64,000 nt of DNA, taken from the NCBI GenBank assembly GCA_030431635.1, contig JAUIIL010000010.1:19093-83092 (forward strand), read 5' to 3'. This stretch comes from Bacteriovoracia bacterium. Its GTDB lineage: Bacteria > Bdellovibrionota > Bacteriovoracia > Bacteriovoracales > Bacteriovoracaceae. The notes below the pieces were generated by a model. It was not told where the DNA came from. It worked only from the letters and a program-made list of their open reading frames with translations, and searched no databases. The translations under genes were made by a program, and so were the position numbers. This document shows, in pieces, positions 54,822 to 64,000 of the stretch; positions within the stretch are counted from its first letter, which is position 1; each line of letters begins with the position of its first letter.

Positions 54822-57049
54822 TGGTGTATTTCACTTTTACCTGAAGCTTCAACTTGCTCTTGTTGCTCATCATTACCAAATATACGTCTAAGCGCACTTT
54901 TTTTATACCTCAAAGAAAGGATTTGAAAAATATCACCATGGCTTTCTTGTCTGATTGCTGAATTTTGATCAAGTTCAAACTCTGTTGGCTTGGGGATATC
55001 TTCAACTTGGATCTGGCCACCGTTAGAATCTGTGTTTCCAAAATCAAAACTGATATCACTGCCTTGCCCTTGCCCCGATGTACTTGTCTGTCCTGAAGTT
55101 GGTTGAGCATATTTTAGTGTTGAAAGAACCTCTTCAGGGGTTTCTTTTTTCATTTTCTTTTCAATCTCTCTGGCCACTTGAGAGGGAAGAGAGCTTGAAC
55201 TTCCTTGTCCACCAAGACCACTAGCTTTGGCATAAGCACTTTTTAAATCTTGTGGGTAATCTTTTAATAGGGGACCTAATTGGGCCTCAGCTTCAGCTAT
55301 TGTTGAAGCGAGCGGTTGGGACTCCATCATCTTATCAGCTGTTTCTTGAAGTTTCATCGCTTGAGAACCTTGGGTATCTGTATTGATATCTCCTCCTCCA
55401 AGGTTTCCGTTTGAGAGATTATTCGCATCTTTTCCGAGAGTTCCAAAATCTGGTAGCCCATGACCAATATCAAGACCTCCCGTTAATATTTTGAGACAAT
55501 TTCCTTCTTTAGCGCAGCTACATTCATAATCAAAACGCTGTTCATTATTCACACAAAATTTAGGATTATCAGAATTTTGGGTCTCTTCATCTGATGCTGT
55601 TTTTGTAGGAGCTAGAGAAGGGTTCTCTTTCCAATGCTTATCGCAAATAGCACTGTTAGTTCTGTTAGCATTTTTACTTTTATCAGGATTATAGCAGTAG
55701 CAATCTGGTTTTAAGGGATTTTCTCTATCATGAGATGTACACTGAGAAATAGACTGTGACGCCGTTAATTCAAAATTCTTAATAAGTCTTTTCATATAAT
55801 TTTTTCTATCGTTGGCCTTCTTTCCCTGATTAACAGCATTCTTGCCCATGACAAGAGAAGCCGCAGAGAGAGCTCCAGAAATAATGGCCCTAGTGGGAGC
55901 TTTTCCTAGCGCTTGAGAAATAGCGTTCCCTGCTTTGTTGATGGCCTTAGTGACAGCAAAATTACTTAAATTACTATTTTCAGCATGGGCACTTGATAAT
56001 AGAAGCCCTGTTAAGTCTTCTTTAAGTTTAAAGTAGTTGTTCAGTTTTTCATGTTCATGAAGAAGGGTCAAGGAGTCGCGAGTTTCATAGTAACTCTGAA
56101 GAGTAGGTGAGGAGAGTCTTCCTTCTTCCATATCTGTTTGTTCTTGCTCTAAGAGAAGTGTTTCGAGTAAGGATTGAGAATTGGTTAAATAATAAGGTGA
56201 TGTTTGGTTTTTATAATAACTATTTTTTTTCAATTTATTTGAAATAAAAAAAGCAGGTAGTGCTAAGGCCTTTGATAAAATTCCAGGCTCGGCCTTTCCT
56301 TCAAAAAGAGTTTCTGATGAGTTGGGAGTTAGTCTAGTGAGGCATGGTGCTAGAGTCGCAATATTAAGAGACTCAAAAGCAGCTAAAACACTGGCGGCCG
56401 CAAAGAGAGCACCGGCCGTATAGTAAACTCCAGCTTTAGTTTTTGAGACTTTCTCAAAAAGTTCTTCTTTTTTCTGCATAAACTTGAAAGCTTCCGATTG
56501 AGCTGAAACGGCGTTAGCAACAGAGTCTTCTTGCGTTTTCTCAATATCAATCACTTTCTTATCGACGAGAGAATCATATTTTTTGTTAAGACCCTGAAGA
56601 CCAGCTCTATACCAAAGAAAAGTGCCCACTTCATTAACTGCGTTAAGTAATCCAGCAGCTTTAAGAAATTTAAGAGATAAACTTTTGCAACCAACGGTCT
56701 TGATATTAACCAGAGTGTAAGTTCCAATGGCTAGATTAAGACCTGCTATAATTGTTGGTGTTTGAACACCTTCAGTAAGATTAGACTCATCCATGGCCCT
56801 TTGAGCAGCTTGTTTATGGCACTCTTCTCTTTGCCCTATAGGTAATTGCGAGCACTCAAGTGTATCAATTTGGGCCTGGGAGGTATTTGAGTCAGATAAA
56901 CATCTCCCTAAATTTTCATTATAACTAAGCCCCTCTGAACACTGCGGGGGCGTATTTTCTTGGGCATAGGTGGAGAGCGTAAGCCCACAAAAAAAGAGAG
57001 TGAATAGTGAAATAAAACGTAATAAAATCATATACCTACTTATCGTCAT
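54818..57049 (-). CDS. Large secreted/membrane-associated protein with Cys-rich region, Gly/Ser-rich region and C-terminal IFQILSLRY tail
   Basis: 743 aa with a signal peptide. It has hydrophobic segments (GVYYTAGALFAAASVLAAF, AIISGALSAASLVMG), a Cys-rich block (CYCYNP...ECSCAKEGNC), and DIFQILSLRY (54905-54931 covers IFQILSLRY). Overlaps the M15 gene by 4 nt. Confidence 0.6.
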   Translation of the reverse strand: MTISRYMILLRFISLFTLFFCGLTLSTYAQENTPPQCSEGLSYNENLGRCLSDSNTSQAQIDTLECSQLPIGQREECHKQAAQRAMDESNLTEGVQTPTIIAGLNLAIGTYTLVNIKTVGCKSLSLKFLKAAGLLNAVNEVGTFLWYRAGLQGLNKKYDSLVDKKVIDIEKTQEDSVANAVSAQSEAFKFMQKKEELFEKVSKTKAGVYYTAGALFAAASVLAAFESLNIATLAPCLTRLTPNSSETLFEGKAEPGILSKALALPAFFISNKLKKNSYYKNQTSPYYLTNSQSLLETLLLEQEQTDMEEGRLSSPTLQSYYETRDSLTLLHEHEKLNNYFKLKEDLTGLLLSSAHAENSNLSNFAVTKAINKAGNAISQALGKAPTRAIISGALSAASLVMGKNAVNQGKKANDRKNYMKRLIKNFELTASQSISQCTSHDRENPLKPDCYCYNPDKSKNANRTNSAICDKHWKENPSLAPTKTASDEETQNSDNPKFCVNNEQRFDYECSCAKEGNCLKILTGGLDIGHGLPDFGTLGKDANNLSNGNLGGGDINTDTQGSQAMKLQETADKMMESQPLASTIAEAEAQLGPLLKDYPQDLKSAYAKASGLGGQGSSSSLPSQVAREIEKKMKKETPEEVLSTLKYAQPTSGQTSTSGQGQGSDISFDFGNTDSNGGQIQVEDIPKPTEFELDQNSAIRQESHGDIFQILSLRYKKSALRRIFGNDEQQEQVEASGKSEIHQ

Positions 57050-57140
57050 TTGTTAAAAATAACTAAGCTTTTCTTCTATTATAAATCTAAACTCTTCTTT
57101 TAGAGAGTGATTATTGCGCTCGAGAACATATGAATGGGGC

Positions 57141-57169
57141 TTAACTCTTTGAAATGATTAGAATATAAT
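57141..57169 (+). promoter_or_regulatory. Sigma-70-type promoter candidate
   Basis: TTAACT (57141-57146)-N17-TATAAT (57164-57169), about 45 nt upstream of the TTG start at 57213. Confidence 0.4.
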
Positions 57170-57212
57170 TATTGTGGATGAATAAGATAGCATCAAAAAA
57201 AGGAGAATTGAG

Positions 57213-57851
57213 TTGAGCAGATATTTGTGGCACTTTGTTTTACTCCTTTTTAGCTTTCCCTCGTATTCTATTTTCTTAAGGGACGGGGATATTATTCTTC
57301 AACCCCTTTCTTGTTATAGCTGCTATGCGATTGCTATTGAAGAAGGTGGCCCTTATTCCCATATGGGTCTTGTTATAAAATTAAAGAAAAAGGATTATGT
57401 AATAGAATCCCTTGCTAAAGTTTCTATGATACCTCTTGAATTATTTTTAAAAAGATCGACTCAAAAACGTAGTTATATTGTCTTAAGGAATCACGAACTG
57501 AATCAGCTTTATCTCAAAAACAAAACTCAATTTTATCAATTTGTGAAAAGTCTTAAAAAAAGTTTTTTTACTAAATTTCAAGACTTGCCTTATGACAAGA
57601 GTTTCCTTTGGGACAACTTTGATGAAAATGAGAAGGAAAAACTTTATTGCTCTGAATTTGTAACTAAAATCCTGAATCCCTATCTCAAAGAAAAAATAAA
57701 GACAAAAAAAATGTCTTTCAGAAAAATGAGAGATTTCTGGGAAAGGTACTTTCAGGGGCGAGTCCCGGAGGGAAAAGAAGGAAACTCACCAATGGATTTT
57801 TTTCGCTCACCTCTCTTTTTTAAAGTGGGAGAAATTGAAAATGAACATTAG
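57213..57851 (+). CDS. YiiX/YaeF-family permuted papain-like (NlpC/P60-related) enzyme
   Basis: TTG start with SD AGGAGAA and a signal-like N-terminus. GDIILQP...YSHMGLVI precedes LYCSEFVTKIL, so His comes before Cys as in the permuted family. Confidence 0.65.
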   Translation: MSRYLWHFVLLLFSFPSYSIFLRDGDIILQPLSCYSCYAIAIEEGGPYSHMGLVIKLKKKDYVIESLAKVSMIPLELFLKRSTQKRSYIVLRNHELNQLYLKNKTQFYQFVKSLKKSFFTKFQDLPYDKSFLWDNFDENEKEKLYCSEFVTKILNPYLKEKIKTKKMSFRKMRDFWERYFQGRVPEGKEGNSPMDFFRSPLFFKVGEIENEH

Positions 57852-58842
57852 ATTTGATTTAGAAAAAATCAAACTTCCTCTTCAGTATTCTTGGGCCATT
57901 TCAAGAGGGAGTACTGACTTTAAAGAGAATTTTTTTGTTCATGTCTACTCTGGAAATGTGAAAGGTAGAGGGGAGATTGCTCCTAATAAGCGCTATGGCG
58001 AAACTCCTGAACTGATTGAAAAGCAGTTTGATATTTTTGCTAGAGCTTATAATGAAGATGAACTTAGTATTGAGGCTTTTTCTCAATTTCTTGAGAAGTC
58101 AGAGCTTTGCCAAAGTTTAAAATTTGGTTTGGAGAGTGCCTATACTCATTGTCTTTTAAATAAAGAAGGACAAAGTGTTCACTCTTACTTTAATCTTGAA
58201 AAACCCGGAGCTCTCAAAACATCATTTTCAATTCCTATTTTGAAACTAGAGAAAGTAAGAGATCTCATCGAACAAAAAAAACAGTTTCATGTATTGAAAA
58301 TAAAAGTGGATCATCAGTCAGCTTATGAGTTAGTTGACTTTGTTTCTCGCTACACATCTTTGCCCTTAAGAATAGATGCTAACGAAGCTTTTGATGATTA
58401 TGATCAGTTAATGAATTTTCTCTCTAAACTCAAAGAGAAAAATATTGAATTTATAGAACAACCTTTTCCTTCTCACATGGAGAATGAGTATAAAACTTTA
58501 AAGAAAGAATCTCCTTATATGATCTTTGCGGACGAGTCGATTATTAACAATGCCAATTTTCAGAAGCTAAGTCAGCAGTTTCATGGAGTGAATGTTAAAC
58601 TCATGAAAGCAGGTGGATACCAAAAAGCAGTTGAGCTTCTCAAAAAGGCCAGAGAAAATGGACTTAAAACAATGCTGGGTTGTATGATTGAGACTAGTTT
58701 AGGGATTTTTTCGGCCATGGAGCTTTCCTCCTTGGCCGATTACTACGACTTAGATGGTCACCTCCACCTCAAACAAGATCCTATTGGATGTATTGCAGAA
58801 GATAGAGGCTTTCTAACTCAAATAAGAGAAAATTTTAATTAG
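57835..58842 (+). CDS. Dipeptide epimerase (L-Ala-D/L-Glu epimerase type), enolase superfamily
   Basis: LKIKVD (KxK), RIDANEAF, IEQP, FADES, VKLMKAGG and GCMIETSLG match the muconate-lactonising/AE-epimerase subgroup pattern. Confidence 0.8.
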   Translation: MKMNIRFDLEKIKLPLQYSWAISRGSTDFKENFFVHVYSGNVKGRGEIAPNKRYGETPELIEKQFDIFARAYNEDELSIEAFSQFLEKSELCQSLKFGLESAYTHCLLNKEGQSVHSYFNLEKPGALKTSFSIPILKLEKVRDLIEQKKQFHVLKIKVDHQSAYELVDFVSRYTSLPLRIDANEAFDDYDQLMNFLSKLKEKNIEFIEQPFPSHMENEYKTLKKESPYMIFADESIINNANFQKLSQQFHGVNVKLMKAGGYQKAVELLKKARENGLKTMLGCMIETSLGIFSAMELSSLADYYDLDGHLHLKQDPIGCIAEDRGFLTQIRENFN

Positions 58843-59321
58843 TGATCGTGACTGTGCCCATCTCCACCATGGGCGTGGCCATGAGAGAGTTCACTTTCAG
58901 TTGCTTCTCTTTTAGAAACAAGTTCAATATCAAAGAAAAGATCCACTCCTGCTAAAGGGTGATTTCCATCCATGATGACATCATCACCTTCAAAGGCCTT
59001 TACTTCGAAAGGAGGAGAGTGTCTGTCTTCATTTAATTGAAAAAGGTCTCCAATATTAAGGTTATCTCCATTTTCAGGAAATTGTTTTTTGGCCACTTTA
59101 ACAACGAGGTTATCTTGTCTCTGACCGTAGGCCTCTTCACTTTTTACTTCAACTTTGGCTTTTTCACCTGGTGCCATTTGAATGACTTTCTTTTCAAGTC
59201 CAGGGATGATCTGACCAGAACCTTCAAGAAAAGCGAGAGGTTCTGAACCACTTGAAGTATCAATTGTATTTCCCTGTCCATCTTTTAGAGTGTAGTGAAA
59301 ACTAAATACTTGTTTACTCAT
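58839..59321 (-). CDS. slyD: SlyD-like FKBP-type peptidyl-prolyl isomerase with His-rich tail
   Basis: FHYTLKDGQGNTIDTS...PLAFLEGSGQIIPGLEKKV...AYGQRQDNLV, an IF-domain insertion, GNHPLAGVDLFFDIELV, and the tail HGHAHGGDGHSHDH. Confidence 0.8.
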   Translation of the reverse strand: MSKQVFSFHYTLKDGQGNTIDTSSGSEPLAFLEGSGQIIPGLEKKVIQMAPGEKAKVEVKSEEAYGQRQDNLVVKVAKKQFPENGDNLNIGDLFQLNEDRHSPPFEVKAFEGDDVIMDGNHPLAGVDLFFDIELVSKREATESELSHGHAHGGDGHSHDH

Positions 59322-59331
59322 AATTTTTCCT

Positions 59332-60270
59332 TTAGTTGATTTTTTCTATGGCAGAGACACAAATGTTCTTACCTTCAATTTTATTTTTGGCCTCTTTAAG
59401 AGTTAGATTTTTAATTCTATTAGCCACTAGCATAAAACAATCTGAGGACGTTTTAAAGCGTTCAGAAGCAGGAAGTTCAATTTGAAATTCTTTAACGAAT
59501 TCAAGCCAAAACTTTTCTTCAACAGCGGCCACACCCAGATAGTGATTATCTTTTGTTCTATAGAGACTATAACATGGATAGGCCCCATTATGAAGGAATT
59601 TCACCCTTTTGGACTCTCTCATCTTCTGTGACCATAAAGGAGAGCATGTTTGTTGAGCTGTATCAAAGAGATAAGCTGTCGTTTTAACAAATGACTTATT
59701 TGTTCTTGATTGGATAATAGCAGCTAAAAGTTGAGTTGCTAGTTGTTGTCCAAATAAAATACCAGAAATTGGAAGAAAAGGTGGAGCGAGGATATCACTT
59801 TCTTTATCTTGAACGTAGAGAGAGAGCATACCTGTTAAGGCCATTGCATTAAGGTCGTGCATAGCTTGATTATGAATCGTGGATGACCCCATTTCGATAA
59901 CGGCCAACTGAGGTGATATTTCTTTGAGTTTTTCATCTGTAAGTTCAAGAAACTCTCTTACTTTATTTGGGAGAGTCATTAGTATTCCATCAGACTCTCT
60001 GATATAGGTGTGAATTTTTTTAATAGAATCTTTTTCTTTAAAGGGGAGTCTAATAATTGTTTTATTGTTATTTAAGTTTTCATACCAATCAACAAAACTA
60101 TCATCAAACTCTGAAAACGAACCATCACAAAACGCATCTTTGAAAATGCTATCTTCTAATTTGATAACTTTAGCGCCAAGATCTCCAAGGATATTCATTC
60201 CAAGTGGACCTGGAAGTCGGTGAGAAAAATCAATAATACAAATACCGTCTAAAAGTTTATTCATCTGCAT
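59332..60270 (-). CDS. CoA-transferase family III (CaiB/BaiF-like) protein
   Basis: LDGICIIDFSHRLPGPLGMNILGDLGAKVIKLE is the typical family III N-terminal motif. I prefer the start MQMNKLL (60270) over the track start at 60318, which overlaps the upstream gene by 62 nt. Confidence 0.6.
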   Translation of the reverse strand: MQMNKLLDGICIIDFSHRLPGPLGMNILGDLGAKVIKLEDSIFKDAFCDGSFSEFDDSFVDWYENLNNNKTIIRLPFKEKDSIKKIHTYIRESDGILMTLPNKVREFLELTDEKLKEISPQLAVIEMGSSTIHNQAMHDLNAMALTGMLSLYVQDKESDILAPPFLPISGILFGQQLATQLLAAIIQSRTNKSFVKTTAYLFDTAQQTCSPLWSQKMRESKRVKFLHNGAYPCYSLYRTKDNHYLGVAAVEEKFWLEFVKEFQIELPASERFKTSSDCFMLVANRIKNLTLKEAKNKIEGKNICVSAIEKIN

Positions 60271-62296
60271 TTCCTTTTTCTTCAAAGGCTCTCTTGAATT
60301 TATCCATACCGACGCCATTTAATTCGCAACCAAGGTGATGACAAATCTGCCAACTCTCATCAGCATTTTGATGGTAGGTGATGGCAAACCTTGCAGAGAA
60401 AAATGTCATCATTTTTTGAAAGTCTTCTTTCTCGCACCATGAAGCGGGGACTTCTATTTTTTTATAAGCTTCTTGAGGATAAATCAGGGCTCTAAGAGCT
60501 TCACCATATCCAAAAGGATTGTTCAAAACTTCATGCTTGGCCTTTTCGATAATCGGTTGAACTTTCTCAAGGTACTCATATCGTTCAATTATAAAATGCC
60601 ATTTTCTAATAAGAGAGATTAAAGTAGCCAGAGGAGATTTATAAGATTGATCAAAGAGCTCTACCTTGAGGTTTTGAAAAGGTTCACTACTATTAAGCTC
60701 TAAGGAACGAGTGTAAAAAGAATTATCTTGGAAAAAGTCTCCAAAAATATAATCAAGACACTTTTTTGCGTTTTCCAAATAAACAGGTTGAGCACTCAAC
60801 TCATAAAGTCTAAATTGAGATTGAGTATACTGAACGAAGTTCTCAAATAAAGCTCGTCCCTTTTTCTTTGTGGTACTTTGAATAATAGTCATCTTCCCGT
60901 TCTCTTCTTCAAGTGGTCTAAAAAAGTTTTCATGAACACCTTTAAGAGAGCTTTGTAAAAGAGAAGAGGCCATAAGCCTTAGCTCTGGATGATTGGCGTA
61001 TTGGGCGGTATCGGCCAAAGCACTTAAGAGCATAAAGTTCCAGGATGAAATCCCTTTATTATCTGTTAGGGGAGGGATTCTTCCTTTTCTCTCTTTTAGA
61101 AGAAGTGCTCTCACCATTTGAATCGTTCGCCAATTTTGAGGATTGAGAAATTCCTCTCTTAAATCTTTATTAAGTGAAATAACATTTAATCCCTCTTCAA
61201 AATTTCCTTCAGAAGAAATTTGAAACCACTGCTTGATTCTCTCTGATGAGACTTCAAGTTCTTGGGGCAGTTCTTTTAAAATATTATCAAACTCTTCCTC
61301 CGTGAAAGTAAAGTAGAGGCCCTCTTTGCCTTCTGAGTCTGCGTCTTGAGCAGCAAAGAAGTATCCAGCTTCAGATTGCATTTCAATTTTAAGATAATCA
61401 AGAGTTTGAGCAATCGTATCTAGAATAATTGCAGAAGGATGAGTAAGAGAGAGCTTAGATAATACCTTTAATAGAGCACTTTGATCGTAGAGCATTTTTT
61501 CAAAATGAGGAACTAGCCACATATCATCGACACTATAGCGATGAATCCCCCCTCTGGCATGATCGTAAATACCACCACAAAGCATTTTTTCAACACTCTC
61601 AACAACATGATTGACTTGTTCTTGTGATAGCATGCCTTCAAGAATTTGCTCAGTTGCCCACTCAAAAAAACTGAAATGAGGAAATTTAGGGGCTTGTCCG
61701 TAACCACCAAATTCGTTGTCTTGAAAATTTTTAAGAGCATTCATAATGGCCGAAGCAGGTGGGAAATGTCCGTTAAATTCTATCTTATTAACTTCTCTTT
61801 CTTGTTTGGTAATGGCTTCAGTTAACTTTTGAGCATTTTCCTGAATAGTGGCGTTTTCGTTTTGATAAACTTGCGTTAACTGCTCGAGCACCTGCATGAA
61901 GCTTGGCATCCCTCCTCTGGCCTTATTGGGAAAATAAGTTCCGATGAAAAAAGGCTTCATCTGCGGAGTGAGAAAAACACTTAATGGCCAACCACCTCGT
62001 CCGTTATAAAGTTGGGACGCTATTTGAAAATAATTATCAAGATCTGGGTACTCTTCTTTATCAACTTTAATACTAATGAAGTTTTCATTTAAATAATTGG
62101 CCGTCACTTCATCCTCGAAAGATTCATGGGCCATCACATGGCACCAGTGACAGGTGGAGTAACCTATAGAGAGGAAGATTGGTTTATGATTTTCTTGAGC
62201 TGCTCGTATGGCCTCTGGTCCGTAGGGCATCCAATTAACTGGGTTGTCTTGATGCTGCTTTAAGTAAGCTGAAGGTTCGTGGGTTAGTTGGTTCAT
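60257..62296 (-). CDS. Thioredoxin-domain protein, DUF255/YyaL family
   Basis: YLKQHQDNPVNWMPYGPEAIRAAQENHKPIFLSIGYSTCHWCHVMAHESFED, followed by a long alpha/alpha-barrel-like C-terminal region. 679 aa. Confidence 0.8.
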   Translation of the reverse strand: MNQLTHEPSAYLKQHQDNPVNWMPYGPEAIRAAQENHKPIFLSIGYSTCHWCHVMAHESFEDEVTANYLNENFISIKVDKEEYPDLDNYFQIASQLYNGRGGWPLSVFLTPQMKPFFIGTYFPNKARGGMPSFMQVLEQLTQVYQNENATIQENAQKLTEAITKQEREVNKIEFNGHFPPASAIMNALKNFQDNEFGGYGQAPKFPHFSFFEWATEQILEGMLSQEQVNHVVESVEKMLCGGIYDHARGGIHRYSVDDMWLVPHFEKMLYDQSALLKVLSKLSLTHPSAIILDTIAQTLDYLKIEMQSEAGYFFAAQDADSEGKEGLYFTFTEEEFDNILKELPQELEVSSERIKQWFQISSEGNFEEGLNVISLNKDLREEFLNPQNWRTIQMVRALLLKERKGRIPPLTDNKGISSWNFMLLSALADTAQYANHPELRLMASSLLQSSLKGVHENFFRPLEEENGKMTIIQSTTKKKGRALFENFVQYTQSQFRLYELSAQPVYLENAKKCLDYIFGDFFQDNSFYTRSLELNSSEPFQNLKVELFDQSYKSPLATLISLIRKWHFIIERYEYLEKVQPIIEKAKHEVLNNPFGYGEALRALIYPQEAYKKIEVPASWCEKEDFQKMMTFFSARFAITYHQNADESWQICHHLGCELNGVGMDKFKRAFEEKGNADE

Positions 62297-62399
62297 GGTT
62301 ATCTATCCAATTTTACTCATATTTTTAAAGTATTTTTTTCATTTCTAACATGAGCGAGTTTACATAGTCGAATCACCTGCGTTAAAAGCATGGCAAATT

Positions 62400-63143
62400 A
62401 TGAAAAATCAAATTTTGTTGAGTCTATTAATGGCCCCTCTCAGGGCCCTTTTGCGTTGTTTGAAAAGTCCTTGTCTGTGCTTTTTGATGGGCTTTTTTAT
62501 GACCTTTCCGGTAAGTGGGATTCAAGCAACAAGTGATCACAGCTTAAAACCCTTTTCTTATCTTCCTTACGCCAGTGTTAAGTCTTTTAAATCTGATTTG
62601 ATGAAAATTATCCCTAGGCATCTTAGAGCAAGAGTCGAGCTCATTTTTCCAGCCCTCGTTCACCTCTCTCAAAAACATGAAGTGAATCCCTTGTGGGTTT
62701 TTTCAGTTATGTGGACAGAAAGCCACTTTAACCCTGGCGCGCTCAGTCAGGTTGGAGCAAAAGGAGTCATGCAGGTTATGCCAGAGACGGCGGTCTATGT
62801 TAAAGGGCATCTCAGAAGAAAAAAGATTTCTTACGCTTATAATAATCAAAGTATGAAAGAGCATTATAAAAAGTACTTCCCTCGTTTAGGTCGTCGCTAC
62901 AGAAATCTTCTTGAGAATATGGAACTGGGTGTTTATTACCTTAGAACTTTGCATATTCGTTTTGGAAATCTGCAGCACGCAATTGTCGCTTACAATATGG
63001 GGCCGGGTTGGTTAAGATATAGACTAAAGAATAACTTACCAGTAGGAGAGAAAAACTTGTACTTGAACAAGGTGAGAAAAACATTTAGTTTTCTTCAAGA
63101 GAATCTCTCTTTATTAACGGCTCAAAATGACTACGAAACTTAA
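62400..63143 (+). CDS. Lytic transglycosylase (SLT domain)
   Basis: VMWTESHFNPGALSQVGAKGVMQVMPETA (catalytic Glu-Ser) and AYNMGPG. Confidence 0.8.
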   Translation: MKNQILLSLLMAPLRALLRCLKSPCLCFLMGFFMTFPVSGIQATSDHSLKPFSYLPYASVKSFKSDLMKIIPRHLRARVELIFPALVHLSQKHEVNPLWVFSVMWTESHFNPGALSQVGAKGVMQVMPETAVYVKGHLRRKKISYAYNNQSMKEHYKKYFPRLGRRYRNLLENMELGVYYLRTLHIRFGNLQHAIVAYNMGPGWLRYRLKNNLPVGEKNLYLNKVRKTFSFLQENLSLLTAQNDYET

Positions 63144-63540
63144 AGAACTAAGAAACGAAAATTTCCAAATTTATCAAAATATCATTTCTCTTATTCAAAA
63201 AAGAAGAACTCTCGTTAAGCAAATTGTTATTATTAAGGAATTAAATAAGCTCGATCTTTCTTATGATCCTCATTTTGAGAATGAGCTTTTTCAATCTTTA
63301 AAGGAAGCCCTGAAGGATTTCTCTTACAAGGAACTTTTGGCCTTGTCTCTTCTTATCGAAGATCATATAGGGCAATCCTACCATTATCCACAATGGTCTG
63401 ATAAGATTCATTTAAAGGTTATCAATGCTCAAAAATATGATTTGATTAATCCTCTTCTGTTGAAAGCAGTTTATCCAAACGAATTTAGTTCACTAAAGTT
63501 TAGTAAAGATTTTTTATTTCTTGAGGAGTTTAAAAAATGA
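63127..63540 (+). CDS. Hypothetical protein, weak AroQ chorismate-mutase-like N-terminal helix pattern
   Basis: LKELRNENFQIYQNIISLIQKRRTLVKQIVIIKE loosely fits the R...I..L...R......I...K pattern. Low confidence. Its stop overlaps the cmk start. Confidence 0.3.
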   Translation: MTTKLKELRNENFQIYQNIISLIQKRRTLVKQIVIIKELNKLDLSYDPHFENELFQSLKEALKDFSYKELLALSLLIEDHIGQSYHYPQWSDKIHLKVINAQKYDLINPLLLKAVYPNEFSSLKFSKDFLFLEEFKK

Positions 63541-64000
63541 GTTCAAAGCAAAATGTCGTTGCTATTGATGGGCCATCTGGAAGTGGGAAATCAACTGTTG
63601 CTAAAAAAGTTTCAAAAGACTTAGAACTTCTTTATATTGATACCGGCTCTATGTTTCGTGCCTTGGGATACTATCTTAAAAAAAATGGATTAGATGTTCA
63701 GAACCTACCTGAAAAACAAAGCCAAGAGTTACTCGATACCTGCCATTTTGAATACGCTCCTGAAAAAAATATTTTGATTCGCCTTGATAGGGAAGATTTA
63801 ACAGAGAAAATTAGAGAGCATGAAGTTTCTGAGCTTGCCTCTTTTGTTTCTCGTTATCAATTTATTAGAACTTTTTTGGCCCAAAAACAAAGAGAAATTG
63901 CCTTAAAAACAGAATCAGTTCTTGAGGGAAGAGATATTGGGACAGTTATCTTTCCTCAAGCAAAACTTAAAATTTTTCTTACGGCTTCATCTAAAGAACG
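63537..64000 (+). CDS. cmk: Cytidylate kinase (N-terminal part; continues beyond the window end)
   Basis: Missing from the ORF track because of the edge. My translation from ATG 63537 gives MSSKQNVVAIDGPSGSGKSTVAKKVSKDLELLYIDTGSMFRALGYYL, i.e. a P-loop plus the canonical Cmk N-terminus. Confidence 0.9.
   Translation, partial: MSSKQNVVAIDGPSGSGKSTVAKKVSKDLELLYIDTGSMFRALGYYLKKNGLDVQNLPEKQSQELLDTCHFEYAPEKNILIRLDREDLTEKIREHEVSELASFVSRYQFIRTFLAQKQREIALKTESVLEGRDIGTVIFPQAKLKIFLTASSKE

Noticed and set aside
1-64000. Looked for tRNA/rRNA/tmRNA genes, CRISPR arrays, IS elements, integrases, phage genes, toxin-antitoxin pairs and known defence-system enzymes (nucleases, helicases, RTs, cyclases).
   Set aside because: None was recognisable by eye: no T-loop-like GGTTCGAATCC in the spacers, no regularly spaced repeats, and no transposase or recombinase motifs. 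tRNAscan, Rfam and defence-finder scans would be needed to exclude them formally.

Overview
This is an AT-rich, tightly packed bacterial chromosomal segment with about 60 protein-coding genes. By eye I found no rRNA, tRNA, CRISPR array, transposase, integrase or phage gene.

Housekeeping backbone:
- thrS, partial at the 5' window edge and absent from the ORF track
- rimP-nusA-infB-rbfA-truB
- tyrS-rnhA
- eno
- cmk, partial at the 3' edge and also absent from the track

Accessory content between these blocks is mostly signal-peptide-bearing proteins and peptidoglycan enzymes:
- two tandem HExxH metalloproteases
- two papain-fold cysteine peptidase paralogs
- an S8 subtilase and an S9 prolyl oligopeptidase
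- M14 and M15 peptidases
- a YiiX-type permuted papain enzyme and an L-Ala-D/L-Glu epimerase
- a lytic transglycosylase and an FGE-domain protein
- an orphan CpaF ATPase and an MMPL/RND transporter

This gene content plus the low GC suggests a Bdellovibrio-and-like predatory bacterium, possibly Bacteriovoracaceae or Halobacteriovorax-like. That placement is inference only, since no database search was possible.

Most interesting observations:
1. Three large secreted low-complexity proteins (970, 510 and 743 aa) share a C-terminal [LI]F-x-x-[IVL]-[ST]-[KL]-R-Y tail. Two are divergently arranged, one has a FliA-type promoter, and one is translationally coupled to an M15 peptidase.
2. A head-to-head pair of four-helix-bundle (23S rRNA IVS / Avd-like) genes has start codons and SD sequences inside a perfect 25-bp inverted repeat.
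3. A secreted protein is about 22 percent tyrosine and has an Arg/Ser/Pro repeat region.
4. An intrinsic-terminator-like hairpin lies 11 nt upstream of rimP with no upstream same-strand gene.

All functional calls rest on motifs read from the translations. Nothing was searched against databases.
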